DNA of 64,000 bases from Terriglobia bacterium (GTDB taxonomy: Bacteria > Acidobacteriota > Terriglobia > UBA7540 > JAPUME01), in the NCBI GenBank assembly GCA_965237895.1, contig CBDEGR010000002.1, forward strand, positions 1,950,796 to 2,014,795, read 5' to 3'. Each line of letters starts with the position of its first letter. Within the stretch, counting starts at the first letter, position 1. Made by a program: the position numbers and the translations under genes. Shown in pieces: positions 31,548-42,361 of the stretch. Under the pieces are notes generated by a model, which saw nothing but the letters and a program-made list of their open reading frames with translations, did not search any database and was not told the DNA's origin.

Positions 31548-32471
31548 TCATAGGCGACCAATCGGCAGCACCGAAATCAAAAACCACATGGCCGGAGCCG
31601 CCGCAATGAGGCTGTCCACTCGGTCCAATACGCCTCCGTGTCCGGGCAGCAAGGCGGAAGAATCCTTCGTACCCGCCGCACGCTTTAAGGCTGATTCAGC
31701 CAGATCACCTGCCTGCCCCACCAAGCCCACCAAGGCGCAGACAATCAGCAGGGAAGGCAGCTTCTCCATATCTCCAAAGAAATAGAGAACGACGGCGCCT
31801 GCCAGCAAGCTCCCGGCGAAGCCTCCGAGGGAGCCTTCCACAGTCTTCTTCGGACTGATCGAGGGGGCAAGCTTGGTCCTCCCCACGCTGCGTCCGACGA
31901 AGTAGGCCCCGACGTCGCCCATCCACACCACGGCAAAGAGCAGGACCACCAGCATCGGTCCGCCCTGCTCCGGATGGAACCGAAATTGCACCAGCCAGCT
32001 CAAGCCTAAGGCGACATTAAAAATACCGAATAGGGTTGCCGGAGCCGCCGTCGCATACCGCCTTACGTTCTTTTCAAATCCCAACGCCGCCAACGGCACT
32101 ACCATCGCCAGGAGTCCCACCAGCGGCAGAAGAGAAAATTCCGGCCGCTTCAGCACCCATAGCTGCCCCACCGGAAAAGCCAGCCCCGCCGCATACCCTA
32201 AAATTGAGTAGCTGCCCAATCCGGCCTTTTCCGCCAGCGCAAAGTATTCGTAAAGGCACAAACCGATGATCAGCATCAAGAACGGCAGAAACACCCACCA
32301 GGGCGCAAGCAAGGAGGCGTAGAGGACCGGCCCCAGCAGCAGCAAGGCCGTCAGGAGGCGCTGCTGGAGGTTGGAGAGCCCGCGCGCGGAGTTGCCCGGC
32401 TTGAACGAATCCTTCAAAGATTCCTCCGCCTTCAACAATTCCGCCTCTTCTGAGTTCACTGGTGAGTTCAT
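31548..32471 (-). CDS. cdsA: Phosphatidate cytidylyltransferase
   Basis: SISPKKTVEG, GDLAESALKR, KDSSALLPGHGGVLDRVDS. Confidence 0.94.
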   Translation of the reverse strand: MNSPVNSEEAELLKAEESLKDSFKPGNSARGLSNLQQRLLTALLLLGPVLYASLLAPWWVFLPFLMLIIGLCLYEYFALAEKAGLGSYSILGYAAGLAFPVGQLWVLKRPEFSLLPLVGLLAMVVPLAALGFEKNVRRYATAAPATLFGIFNVALGLSWLVQFRFHPEQGGPMLVVLLFAVVWMGDVGAYFVGRSVGRTKLAPSISPKKTVEGSLGGFAGSLLAGAVVLYFFGDMEKLPSLLIVCALVGLVGQAGDLAESALKRAAGTKDSSALLPGHGGVLDRVDSLIAAAPAMWFLISVLPIGRL

Positions 32472-33235
32472 CCGCCGAGCCCCCCATAGCGCCGCTCCCG
32501 CTTCTGGTAGTCGACGACGGCCTGGAGCAGGTCGAGCTGCGTAAAGTCCGGCCAGAGCTTCTCCGTCACCCAGATTTCCGCATAGGCGATCTGCCAGAGG
32601 AGGAAGTTGCTGATGCGCATTTCGCCGCTGGTGCGGATCAGCAGGTCCGGGTCGGGAAGGTCGCGCGTGTAGAGGCAGCGGCTGATAGTTTCCTCGTCAA
32701 TGGGGACGCGACCGTTCTGAATACTCCGCCGGACCAATTCATTTGCAGCATCAACAATCTCCGCCCGTGCGCTGTAGTTGAGCGCCAAGGTCAGCCGCAG
32801 GCCGGTATTCTTGCGGGTCTTTTCGACGGCGCGCTCCAGATCGTGCTGAACGCCTTTCGGAAGCTCGTGAATGCGCCCGATCCGGTTGAGCGAGATGTTG
32901 TTCTCGTCCAGATCGTCCACGGCGTCTTTCAGATACTCGCGCAACAACGCCATGAGAAAACGGACCTCCGTTGGCGGGCGCTTCCAGTTTTCAGCCGAGA
33001 AGGCATAGAGGGTCAGGTGGGAGACGCCCAGCCGCGTGCAGGCTTTCACGGTTTCCCGCACGGCCCCCACGCCGGCCCGATGGCCCGCCACGCGCGGCTG
33101 ACGCTTCCGCTTCGCCCAGCGGCCGTTCCCGTCCATGATGACGGCAATGTGGCGCGGGAGGCGTTCCAGGTCGACCTCGGCCAGCAGGTCGGCTTCACGC
33201 ATCGTTGCCGATGGGGTGGAAACAGAGGGCTTCAC
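32468..33235 (-). CDS. uppS: Undecaprenyl diphosphate synthase
   Basis: HIAVIMDGNGRWA, YAFSAENWKRP, LLIRTSGEMRISNFLLWQ. Confidence 0.95.
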   Translation of the reverse strand: MKPSVSTPSATMREADLLAEVDLERLPRHIAVIMDGNGRWAKRKRQPRVAGHRAGVGAVRETVKACTRLGVSHLTLYAFSAENWKRPPTEVRFLMALLREYLKDAVDDLDENNISLNRIGRIHELPKGVQHDLERAVEKTRKNTGLRLTLALNYSARAEIVDAANELVRRSIQNGRVPIDEETISRCLYTRDLPDPDLLIRTSGEMRISNFLLWQIAYAEIWVTEKLWPDFTQLDLLQAVVDYQKRERRYGGLGG

Positions 33236-33282
33236 GAATTCAATCTCCTTACCATCTAACAAGTTAGCACAAACGAAAACCC

Positions 33283-34542
33283 TCAATCGAGAGGAATACC
33301 CGCATCGGACTTGAACAGAAACGTCAGGTTCAACGAGATCAGGAGCAAGACGGCAAGCCAGGCAATCGAATTGAACACTCGATGATTCCGGTATTCTCCC
33401 ATCAGGTCTTTGCGGCTGCTCAACCGAAGGATGAAGATCAGAATGAACGGCAGCAGGAAACCGTTGACGATTTGGGAAAGGAGGATGACATACATTAAAG
33501 GAAGGTTCGGCAAAAGAACGATGGCGGCGCCTCCGAACACCAGCGCCGTGTAGAGCCAATAAAAGGCCGGTGCCTCGCGGAATTTCCGGTCCACGCTGGA
33601 CTCAAGACCCAACCCCTCACAAACGTAGTAGGCCGTCGCCAGCGGAAGGACCGTGGCGGCCAGCAGCGAGGCGTTGCACAACCCGGCGGCGAACAGGACC
33701 GACGCCCAGCGCCCGGCCAACGGTTCCAGCGCCCGCGCGGCAACGGCAGCGTCCGGGATATCGACCATGCCGACTTCGTGGAGCGTCACGGCGCAGCCGA
33801 CGATGATAAAAAACACCAAGGCGGCGGAAAATACAGCTCCCAGAATGACGTCCCAGCGCGCCTCACGGAAGTGCTCCCTGGTAATTCCCTTCTCCACCAC
33901 CGCCGACTGTTGATAAAACTGCATCCAGGGAGCGATCACCGCGCCGATCATTCCCACCATCAATGCCAGGTACATGGGGTCGGAACGGAATTGAGGCTGC
34001 ACCGTACTCCGGAGCGCTTCTCCCCAATCCGGTTCCGCCAGGAAGGCGGAGACGAAATAAGCGAGATAAAAAAAACAAGCCAACAGGAAGACCTTCTCCA
34101 CCGAGCGGTAGGTCCCCTTCACCACCAATCCCCAGACGAGCAGCGCCCCCAGCGGCACGGAGATATAACGGGTCACTCCGAAAATTTCCAGGCTCGCGGC
34201 CACACCGGCAAACTCGGCCACGATGTTCCCCAGGTTCGTCACCACCAGCGCCGCCATCAGGAGGAACGTCACGCGAAGTCCGTACTCTTCCCGAATCAGA
34301 TCGGCCAAGCCCTTGCCCGTCACCACGCCCATCCGCGCGCACATCTCTTGGACAAGAATGAGGAGAATCAGAATGGGAATCAGCGTCCAGAGCAGGTCGT
34401 AGCCGAAACGGGCGCCGGCCACCGACGCCGTAAGGATGCCCGGGGCGTCGTTGTCCACCGTCGCCGTGATCAGGCCGGGACCCACGATGGCCAGAAAGAC
34501 CAGCACCGTTTTGCGAAAACGTCGAAACCTTTTCCGGACCAA
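33283..34542 (-). CDS. Nramp-related divalent metal transporter
   Basis: GPGLITATVDNDAPG, QEMCARMGVVTGKGL, multiple TM segments; follows an MgtE-like CBS protein. Confidence 0.88.
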   Translation of the reverse strand: MVRKRFRRFRKTVLVFLAIVGPGLITATVDNDAPGILTASVAGARFGYDLLWTLIPILILLILVQEMCARMGVVTGKGLADLIREEYGLRVTFLLMAALVVTNLGNIVAEFAGVAASLEIFGVTRYISVPLGALLVWGLVVKGTYRSVEKVFLLACFFYLAYFVSAFLAEPDWGEALRSTVQPQFRSDPMYLALMVGMIGAVIAPWMQFYQQSAVVEKGITREHFREARWDVILGAVFSAALVFFIIVGCAVTLHEVGMVDIPDAAVAARALEPLAGRWASVLFAAGLCNASLLAATVLPLATAYYVCEGLGLESSVDRKFREAPAFYWLYTALVFGGAAIVLLPNLPLMYVILLSQIVNGFLLPFILIFILRLSSRKDLMGEYRNHRVFNSIAWLAVLLLISLNLTFLFKSDAGIPLD

Positions 34543-34573
34543 ACAAACACCCTCTCTGCCGACAGCGGTCGGC

Positions 34574-35815
34574 TTACCAGCCGGTGACGACGAGATCGAT
34601 CACATCGTCGGCCGTTACCTCACCGATCAGCCGCTTCTCCTCATCCAGAATGGGCAAGGAGAGCAGGTTATACTTTTTGAATAGCTTAATCACGCGCTCT
34701 TGCGGGTCGTGGCCGGAGGCGGAAAGCAGCGTCTCGGCCGAGAGCTCACTCAGAGGCTTCGAGTCGGGACTCACGGCAATCCTGGCCAGAGAGACAGCGC
34801 CGACCAATTTCTCCTGGGCGTCGACCCGGTAGAGCGTATGCAACGTCTCAATCTGACCCTCGAATTCCGCTACGGCGCGCACGGCGTCTCCCACCGTCGC
34901 CGACTCCGGCAGCGAGATAAAATCCTTCGTCATCAGCGCGCCCGCTTCGCCTTCTTCGAACTGAAGCAACTCCTGGACATCTTCGGCCTCGTCCTTTTCC
35001 ATGTCCGCCAGAAGTTCTGTGCTGGTCTCGGTCGGCAACTCCTGCAGCAGGTCGGCGGCTTCGTCGGGAGGCATCTCCTCGATCAAGTGGGCCGCCTTAT
35101 GCGGATCGAGTCCCTCGACGATGTGCGCCTGCTTGCGCGTGGGAATTTCCGAGAGCGCCTCGGCCGCCGTCTCTTCATCCAGCGAGGTCAGCACCGCCTT
35201 TTGATCCTGCGCGCTCAAGTGCTCCAGAATATCGGCCAAGTCCGCAGGATGCATCTTGGCAAGACGTTCGTAGGAAATCCTCAGCTTCCATTGCCGCGCC
35301 GGGTCCGACTCAATCAAGTTGACGAACTGCCAGGGGATGGTCTTCGACGGCAACCACCCCTCCAGGCTCCGAATCCAATGCTTCGGCAACAGTCCTTGGA
35401 GCAATCGCCTCGCGGCCGCCGCCAAGCCGACGTTCACCGCCACCACGCGAAGTTCTGCGTACCCGTCGGCGGGCTGCACGTCAAAGTTGAGATCGTTCAC
35501 GCGGACCACCTTGCGGTCGTTCACGTCGATTATCTGCTGGTCCAACAGGTCCTTTTTCGCCCAAATCCACGCTTCATCGGGAGCGTCGGTGGGAAGATCA
35601 GCAACCGCCAGCTTGATGTGAATCGCCTGATGGGAAAACGACTGGACCTGCGAATAGGGGATCGTCACCCACCCGCCCAGGACCGACTTCGCAAGGTAGA
35701 ACGCCACGCGATTCGGCTCGTCTTTCGGGTCGATACAGATCTCCCGCATTCGGCCTACGAATTCGCCGAAGACGTCGAAAATCGGAACGCCTTCGATCTC
35801 CGTAAAGTAAATCAT
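34574..35815 (-). CDS. PRC-barrel + MgtE N-terminal + CBS-pair cytoplasmic protein
   Basis: LLDQQIIDVNDRKVVRVND, MHPADLADILE, MPPDEAADLL, CBS pair; no TM domain. Confidence 0.85.
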   Translation of the reverse strand: MIYFTEIEGVPIFDVFGEFVGRMREICIDPKDEPNRVAFYLAKSVLGGWVTIPYSQVQSFSHQAIHIKLAVADLPTDAPDEAWIWAKKDLLDQQIIDVNDRKVVRVNDLNFDVQPADGYAELRVVAVNVGLAAAARRLLQGLLPKHWIRSLEGWLPSKTIPWQFVNLIESDPARQWKLRISYERLAKMHPADLADILEHLSAQDQKAVLTSLDEETAAEALSEIPTRKQAHIVEGLDPHKAAHLIEEMPPDEAADLLQELPTETSTELLADMEKDEAEDVQELLQFEEGEAGALMTKDFISLPESATVGDAVRAVAEFEGQIETLHTLYRVDAQEKLVGAVSLARIAVSPDSKPLSELSAETLLSASGHDPQERVIKLFKKYNLLSLPILDEEKRLIGEVTADDVIDLVVTGW

Positions 35816-36070
35816 GGCATCACCCTCCTTCGCGGGTTCTCTCGCCGACGAGACGCCGCGCAAATCCTATCGCACCCGGGCCGGAGGCGTTCAAAATTAT
35901 TTTCTCGGACCTCTCCCCCAAAGCCCGGAGTTGCAAATGTTTGGAGTTTATCCAATCAGGCGGGAATGCCCAGTAAGAAAGGCGACTTCAGATTCAAAAA
36001 GATTCAGAGCGGCCAGCAGGCCGGCCAGGGCTGGAAAAAAGGGTTGGAAAAAAGGAGGGCGCAGTACGGC

Positions 36071-36340
36071 CTACGTTTCTTTTCCCGCCCCCGCTCCCAC
36101 AGCCTCTTTTTTCTCTTCTTTTTTCGCTTCGACCCTCTTGGCTTCTTCTTTTGAAGCCTCCGCTTCGCTCTCCGAATCGTCTTCGTCCTTATTGATGCCC
36201 TTCAAGGCATCCTTGAATTCCCGGATGCCTTTGCCCATGCCTTTACCCAAGCCGGGCAATTTTTGCGGGCCCCAAAAAATCAACAGGACAATGATAATCA
36301 ACAGAATGTGCGTCGGTTGTAATAACCCCTCACCAATCAT
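36071..36340 (-). CDS. tatA: Twin-arginine translocase TatA/E
   Basis: TM helix + FWGPQKLPGLGKGMGKGIREFK. Confidence 0.9.
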   Translation of the reverse strand: MIGEGLLQPTHILLIIIVLLIFWGPQKLPGLGKGMGKGIREFKDALKGINKDEDDSESEAEASKEEAKRVEAKKEEKKEAVGAGAGKET

Positions 36341-36431
36341 CGTAAACCTCCCCCCTCTCGGTAACAGACCGGAAGGAGTAACTTGGGAATCGTCGTACTA
36401 TTATAGCCCAGAAAAGCACATTCCGAGAAGT

Positions 36432-37067
36432 CTAGCGAAATACCATATGGCCCGCTTTTTTTCTTTTCCGGCGGCAATCGAGCCGATAGAGCGTGGCATA
36501 GCTTGCTGAAATGTAATCTTTCCTCCGGTATCCGAGGCCTTGCGCCACCCGGTCAATCCAGCGCGGCGGCCCTTCGAGCTCCAGAAAATTTCCGATCGGG
36601 GTTTCGTCCAATACGGCAACTGCCCCGCTGTGCCGCTTCCTTGAGCCCTCCTCAGAAAATGTCGTCCGGTACTTTTCGTAGCGAAAACTAACATTAAATC
36701 CAATCCTTTCAATTACTTGCCTAAATGCCTTCCCGTCCCTCACTTCAAACTCCAATTCAGTCCTCGTTTTATAAGGACCCTTGCCTCCTGCCGGCCTCTT
36801 ACCCGTTGGTCCCTTACCCGCGGGGCCCTTAAACGTCAGCAGAGACTTTCCACCTACAAAACGAAGACGCAGCAGTTGGCCGCGACGCCAGAGCCACCGG
36901 TCGGCGAAATCGAACAGGTAGTTGTCTTCATGAACTCGTCGGCGCGAAAGGCGAAACCCAAGCCGCTTCAGATTCCGGCGAATTTTCTTCAGGTCGTCGT
37001 CTTCCACCGGCAGCTTGATTTCCGTTTCAATGAAGGCAGGCTTCAGCTTCGAACGTGATTTTGTCAT
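36432..37067 (-). CDS. CYTH / class IV adenylate cyclase family protein
   Basis: ETEIK ExExK motif, LRLR, YEKYR, LDETPIGNFLELEG. Confidence 0.88.
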   Translation of the reverse strand: MTKSRSKLKPAFIETEIKLPVEDDDLKKIRRNLKRLGFRLSRRRVHEDNYLFDFADRWLWRRGQLLRLRFVGGKSLLTFKGPAGKGPTGKRPAGGKGPYKTRTELEFEVRDGKAFRQVIERIGFNVSFRYEKYRTTFSEEGSRKRHSGAVAVLDETPIGNFLELEGPPRWIDRVAQGLGYRRKDYISASYATLYRLDCRRKRKKAGHMVFR

Positions 37068-37155
37068 AGTAAGTGGGTCATGGTGAGGGGGTCATGGCGC
37101 CAGGGCCCTGGCAACTGGGACGTTGCAAAACTTGGCCATTTCATTTCGGTCTATC

Positions 37156-38175
37156 TCAGTATTCCCGTTCCAGGACGAAGTCCGGGAGGGAGAGAAGAGC
37201 CTGTTTGTAGATGGAGTCGGGAAAGGAGGCAAGGCACGCCTTCGCCTGCTCGACATAGGCCTCGGCCTTACCACGGGCGTCGTGCATGGTTCCGTGCTCG
37301 GCCATCAGGTTCCGAAGCTCCGCCCAGGGTAGAGCTTCAAAGGATTTCTCCTGCAACACGCGCGAGATTCTTTCCGCTTCTTCGGCCCGACAGCGGTGAA
37401 GCAGCAAGATCAACGGCAGCGTCACCTTGCCTTCCAGGATGTCCTTCCCCACCGGCTTGCCCAGTTTTTCCGCCGAGGCCGAATAGTCGAGCAGATCGTC
37501 CACCAGTTGAAACGCCATGCCGAGGTTCCGACCGTACTTCTCCAACTGTTCTTCCAATTTCGGTTCACAGCTGGCGATCATCGCTCCCAGCCGTATGGAG
37601 GTTGAAAACAGCAGCGCCGTCTTCCGATAGATCAAATCCAGATGTTGCTCTTCGGTAATTCCCATGTCGGCGAGCAGCGTGAGTTGGATCATCTCCCCTT
37701 CGACCATCGCTTGGGTCAAATCAATCAGCCGGTCAAGGATCTTAAAGTTCCGCTCGGCCAGGGCGATGCGGAACGACTGCATGTAGAGCCAGTCGCCCGC
37801 CAGCACGCTCATCGAATTGCCCCAGCGCGCGTTGGTCGAACTGCGCCCGCGGCGTGTGTCGGCATTGTCAACAATGTCGTCGTGAACCAAGGTCGCCGAG
37901 TGAATCAACTCCACCACCGCGCCGAGTTGATACGCCGATTCCCCCTGATAGCCGCAGAAACGCCCTGCGAGCAACACCAGCGCCGGCCGAACTCGCTTTC
38001 CTCCTCCTTGGCGCAAGTAGTTGCCGATCTTGCTGATGGGCTCAATCGAAGAGACGCTCTGCTGCTCAAGGGCCTTTTCAACTTCCCGGAGGTCCTCACG
38101 GACCAAGGCGAAAATTTCCTGCGGCCCCAGCCGCAGCCCCGCAGTAAGAATTTTAGCTTTCGAATCCCACTTCAC
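37156..38175 (-). CDS. Polyprenyl diphosphate synthase (IspB-like)
   Basis: GGKRVRP, LVHDDIVD, FQLVDDLLD aspartate-rich motifs. Confidence 0.92.
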   Translation of the reverse strand: MKWDSKAKILTAGLRLGPQEIFALVREDLREVEKALEQQSVSSIEPISKIGNYLRQGGGKRVRPALVLLAGRFCGYQGESAYQLGAVVELIHSATLVHDDIVDNADTRRGRSSTNARWGNSMSVLAGDWLYMQSFRIALAERNFKILDRLIDLTQAMVEGEMIQLTLLADMGITEEQHLDLIYRKTALLFSTSIRLGAMIASCEPKLEEQLEKYGRNLGMAFQLVDDLLDYSASAEKLGKPVGKDILEGKVTLPLILLLHRCRAEEAERISRVLQEKSFEALPWAELRNLMAEHGTMHDARGKAEAYVEQAKACLASFPDSIYKQALLSLPDFVLEREY

Positions 38176-38296
38176 CGTTTACGGGTTCCTCCCCTCAGGA
38201 AACTTTGCGGATTAGGTTGATCTTTGATGTTCGCACAAAAAACGATACCAAGCAAAGAGCAAGTTCTTTTCTGCCGCACAAGCCAGGTACCTGTAC

Positions 38297-39076
38297 TCAA
38301 TCTCTCAAGCCGAACAGTCGCAGAAAATTTTTACTGGTATGACGGGCCATATCTTCAACGTCAATCCCCTTCACCTCCGCCAGCACGCGCGCGACTTCCT
38401 TCACCCGAGCCGGCTCGTTCCGCTTGCCGCGATAGGGCACGGGAGAAAGATACGGGCTGTCGGTCTCGATCAACAAACGGTCAAGGGGGATTTGCCGAGC
38501 CACCGCCCGCAAATCATCGCTCTTCTTAAAGGTCACGTTGCCGGCGAAGGAAACGTAGAACCTGGCGTCGAGAAACGCCTTCGCATCTTTCCAGGTTCCG
38601 GTAAAGCAATGGAGAATGCCGCCTTTCTCTGTATTGCGCCCGGCTTTGAGGACGAATTTTCGGAGGTCCTCCCACGCCTCCCGGCAATGAAAGATAACCG
38701 GAAGTTTCACCTCGGCGGCCAAGTCCAACTGCCGAATCAGAACCTCTTTTTGAATAGGACGTGCAAGCTCTTCGTAATAATAGTCCAACCCGATCTCCCC
38801 CACGGCCAACACTTCTTGGCGACGGCAAAGCTGCGCCAGCGATTCGTAATGAGCGGATTCTGCCCGGTGCGCCTCATGCGGGTGGATGCCGACCGTGGCA
38901 TGGACCCACTCGTACTGTTCTGCCAAGCGGACGGCCGCTTCGAGGTCTTGCGGACCGGTTCCGCTTCCAATGGCCAGAATGCGGCGCACTCCGGCCGCCC
39001 AGGCGCGATCCAGCATCGCCTTCCGGTCTTCATCGAATTCGGGAAATTCCAGATGGGCGTGGGAGTCTATGTACAC
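38297..39076 (-). CDS. tatD: TatD family hydrolase
   Basis: IDSHAHL, GIHPH, VGEIGLDY, HCFTG, ETDSPYL. Confidence 0.93.
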   Translation of the reverse strand: MYIDSHAHLEFPEFDEDRKAMLDRAWAAGVRRILAIGSGTGPQDLEAAVRLAEQYEWVHATVGIHPHEAHRAESAHYESLAQLCRRQEVLAVGEIGLDYYYEELARPIQKEVLIRQLDLAAEVKLPVIFHCREAWEDLRKFVLKAGRNTEKGGILHCFTGTWKDAKAFLDARFYVSFAGNVTFKKSDDLRAVARQIPLDRLLIETDSPYLSPVPYRGKRNEPARVKEVARVLAEVKGIDVEDMARHTSKNFLRLFGLRD

Positions 39077-39128
39077 GATGGAATCAAAAAGGTGAGATAA
39101 ACGGAAATCCTTATTCAGGCTGTAAAAA

Positions 39129-41117
39129 CTATCTCAGCCGCGCCCCGTTCGGAACCTCTTCGGCAAACGTCACCAGGACGGGCTTTCCTTCCTCTCCGAG
39201 GGAGGCGGCGACCACCATGCCCTGCGATTCATGGCCGCGCATTTTTCTCGGTTTGAGATTGGCAACTACCACCACCTTCCGCCCCACCAAGCTCTGCGGC
39301 TCGTAGTACTCGGCAATCCCGGCCAGGACTTGCCGGACCTCGCTGCCGATGTCCACCGTCAGCTTCAGCAGCTTCGTCGCGCCCTCGATGCGCTCGGCGG
39401 TTTTGATTTCCCCGACGCGCAGGTCCACCTTGGCGAAATCGTCGATGGAAATAATCCCCGTCTCTTCACCGAATACCTCACTTGACATCTTTTTTCCTTT
39501 CCCTTTTTCGTTTCCATTCTTGGGTTTTTCCTCCGCGGCGTTGGCAGCAGTAATCTTTTGAACCGTCTCCTTCTTATCGAGTCGCGGGAAGATGGCCTGC
39601 GCCGCGCCGGTCTTTTGCCCCGCCGGCAATCCGCCCCATGCCAAATCTTTGAACCGCTGATTTTCCAGAACGCCGGTGAATCCCAACTGCGCCCAGAGCT
39701 TTTGTGCGCTCCGGGGAATCACCGGATAGAGCAGCACGGCAGACAACCTAACCGCCTCGGCCGAAGTATAGAGCACCGTGCTCAGTTTCGCCCGGCTCGC
39801 CTCGTCCGGCTTGCCCGCCAGCACCCAGGGCTGCGTCTCGACCAAATACTTATTGATACGGCCGATGAACTGCCACAGCGCTTCCAGCGCCCGCGAGAAC
39901 TCGAAATTCTCAAACCTCTTTTGATAGTCCGCCAAAGTCTTCGCGGCCAGTTCGCGGATATGCTTTTCCTGCCGCCCTTCGCTCTCTTTATCCGGCTCGG
40001 GCACTACTCCCTCAAAGTACCGCCCGATCATGTTCATCGTGCGGCTGGCAAGATTTCCCAGGTCATTCGCCAAGTCCGAGTTGAAGCGCTGCACCAGACC
40101 GTCATAGGAGAAACTTGAGTCTTGCCCAAAAACAATGTCCCGCATCAGGTAGTAGCGCAGGCCGTCGATTCCCACCGCTTCGGCCAGAGGCTCCGCGCGA
40201 ACGACGTTGCCCTTCGACTTGCTCATTTTGTCCTGCTCGAAGAGCAGCCAGCCGTGAGCGTAAATCTTCTTGGGCAGCGGCAGCCCCGCCGCCATCAGAA
40301 ACGCCGGCCAATAGACGGCATGGAAGCGGAGAATCTCCTTGCCTACCAGATGCACGTCCGCCGGCCAGCACTTCCGGAAAAATTTCTCCTCCTCCGGCCC
40401 CTTGCCGTAGCCGACACCGCTCAAGTAGGAGGTCAGCGCGTCGAACCAGACGTAGAAGACCTGATCGGTTTCGAGCGGAAACGGGATTCCCCACTTCAGA
40501 TTTTTTCGGCTGATCGAAAGGTCCTTCAGGCCTTCCTCGACGAAGCGGACCACTTCGTTGCGGCGCGTCTGAGGGCGGACGAACTCGAGATCCTTTTTAT
40601 AGAGCTCCAGCAGCGGCTCCTGAAACGCCGAGAGCTTGAAGAAGTAGTTCTCTTCTTCCACCAACTCGGTCGGGCGGCCGCAGAGCGGGCAGTCAACCTC
40701 TTCTTCCGCGGTATCGGTAATAAAAGCCTCATCCGAAACGCAGTACCGGCCCCGGTAGCTGCCCTTATAGATGTAACCTGCCTTCTCAACCGCCTCGAAA
40801 ATCTTCAGCACGGCCTTCCGGTGCTGGGGTGAACTGGTCCGCACAAAGTGCGTGTAGCCGAGCCCGAGCCGGTCCCAGAGGCTGCGGAATTCCGCCGAGA
40901 CGCCATCGGTAAACTTTTGCGGATCCATCCCCGCCGCCTCCGCCGAGCGCTCAATTTTCTTCCCGTGCTCGTCGGTTCCGGTCACCAACGCCACATCCCG
41001 CCCCACCATGCGCTGAAAACGCACCACAGCGTCGGCGATGATCGTCGTATAGGTATGCCCCAGATGCGGGCGGGCGTTGACGTAGTAAATAGGTGTTGTA
41101 AGGTAATAGGTCTTCAT
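39129..41117 (-). CDS. metG: Methionine-tRNA ligase
   Basis: TTPIYYVNARPHLGH, KMSKS, C-terminal tRNA-binding OB domain. Confidence 0.97.
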   Translation of the reverse strand: MKTYYLTTPIYYVNARPHLGHTYTTIIADAVVRFQRMVGRDVALVTGTDEHGKKIERSAEAAGMDPQKFTDGVSAEFRSLWDRLGLGYTHFVRTSSPQHRKAVLKIFEAVEKAGYIYKGSYRGRYCVSDEAFITDTAEEEVDCPLCGRPTELVEEENYFFKLSAFQEPLLELYKKDLEFVRPQTRRNEVVRFVEEGLKDLSISRKNLKWGIPFPLETDQVFYVWFDALTSYLSGVGYGKGPEEEKFFRKCWPADVHLVGKEILRFHAVYWPAFLMAAGLPLPKKIYAHGWLLFEQDKMSKSKGNVVRAEPLAEAVGIDGLRYYLMRDIVFGQDSSFSYDGLVQRFNSDLANDLGNLASRTMNMIGRYFEGVVPEPDKESEGRQEKHIRELAAKTLADYQKRFENFEFSRALEALWQFIGRINKYLVETQPWVLAGKPDEASRAKLSTVLYTSAEAVRLSAVLLYPVIPRSAQKLWAQLGFTGVLENQRFKDLAWGGLPAGQKTGAAQAIFPRLDKKETVQKITAANAAEEKPKNGNEKGKGKKMSSEVFGEETGIISIDDFAKVDLRVGEIKTAERIEGATKLLKLTVDIGSEVRQVLAGIAEYYEPQSLVGRKVVVVANLKPRKMRGHESQGMVVAASLGEEGKPVLVTFAEEVPNGARLR

Positions 41118-42332
41118 CTATTTTTTGGGATCAACCTTATTCCGCTTCATATAAGCGAAATTCGCTTCTTGGAGGACGCGCTTTAACGGCACACCTTTTT
41201 CCGCCGCCAGCCGCCGGCAGTCTTCATACTCCGGGCTGAAGTTCACCACTTGCCCGTCTCGGCTGGCGACCTTCATTGGAACCGAACCCCATGCGGTCTC
41301 CACGCTCACCTGCTCCCGCTGCAAGACTCTTCGGCGAGCTTCATAAACTCTCAACCCGATCGTCGTCGTCTGGTCGAAGAGCAGGTCGGAAAACCGTCCG
41401 CTCTCTGAGGGGCGGCAGAGAATCGTAACGGCCAATCCCGGACGGTTCTTCTTCATCTGCACCGGGTGGCAGGTCACGTCCAGAGCGCCCGCCGCCAACG
41501 CTTCTTCCACGAATGCGCCGTAGAGCTGTGGGCTCATGTCGTCGATGTTCGCTTCAATGACGGAAACGATCTGGGCCGCCGCATCCGATTCTCCTTCCCT
41601 CTTCTCCAGACCCTCGCCCACCATCACGCGCACCACGTTCGGCTGCGTGGGGAAGTCCTTCGTTCCCGCGCCGTAACCGATGCGCTCGACTTTCATCAGG
41701 GGCATCGGCGACATGGGACCGAACGCCGTCACCCAACTTTTGAGGAAGGCCGCGCCGGTCGGCGTGACCAGCTCAGCTTCAATCCCGGACGAATAGGTGG
41801 GCACCTTCTTCAACAACTCCGCCGTCGCCGGAGCCGGAACCGAGTAGAGGCCGTGCTCGGTCCGCACCTGCCCGCCGCCCACGTTCACCGCCGAGGCGGA
41901 GAATTCCTGCAAACCCAGCCATTCTACCCCGATCGAGCAACCCACAATGTCCAGGATGGAATCGACCGCGCCGACCTCATGAAAGTGGACCTTCTCAACC
42001 GGCTGATTGTGAATCTTCGCTTCCGCCTCGGCCAGCAGTGAGAAGACCCCGAGAGCGCGATCTTTTGCCCGTTGCTCCAGCGCGCTTCCGTTTATCAGTT
42101 TTTTTATGTGCGAAAGATGCCGGTGCGGCTGCTCTCCCGTGACGCTGATCTCCACCCGCGCCGAGGAGACGCCGCATCGCATTGTCCGCGAGGGCTTGAT
42201 CTCGTAGCCGCCGAGGTCGAGCTTCTTCAGTTCGGCGATCAACTCATCGGCGTCAACGCCCAGATCAACCAGAGCGGCAAGCATCATGTCGCCGCTGATC
42301 CCCGAACTGCAATCGATGTAGACCCGTTTCAT
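41118..42332 (-). CDS. larC: Nickel-pincer cofactor biosynthesis protein LarC
   Basis: SGISGDMMLAAL, VHFHEVGAVDSI, ELVTPTGAA, MKKNRPG, PEYEDC. Confidence 0.92.
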   Translation of the reverse strand: MKRVYIDCSSGISGDMMLAALVDLGVDADELIAELKKLDLGGYEIKPSRTMRCGVSSARVEISVTGEQPHRHLSHIKKLINGSALEQRAKDRALGVFSLLAEAEAKIHNQPVEKVHFHEVGAVDSILDIVGCSIGVEWLGLQEFSASAVNVGGGQVRTEHGLYSVPAPATAELLKKVPTYSSGIEAELVTPTGAAFLKSWVTAFGPMSPMPLMKVERIGYGAGTKDFPTQPNVVRVMVGEGLEKREGESDAAAQIVSVIEANIDDMSPQLYGAFVEEALAAGALDVTCHPVQMKKNRPGLAVTILCRPSESGRFSDLLFDQTTTIGLRVYEARRRVLQREQVSVETAWGSVPMKVASRDGQVVNFSPEYEDCRRLAAEKGVPLKRVLQEANFAYMKRNKVDPKK

Positions 42333-42361
42333 AGCCGTCTCATACCCGCCTTCGATCCATC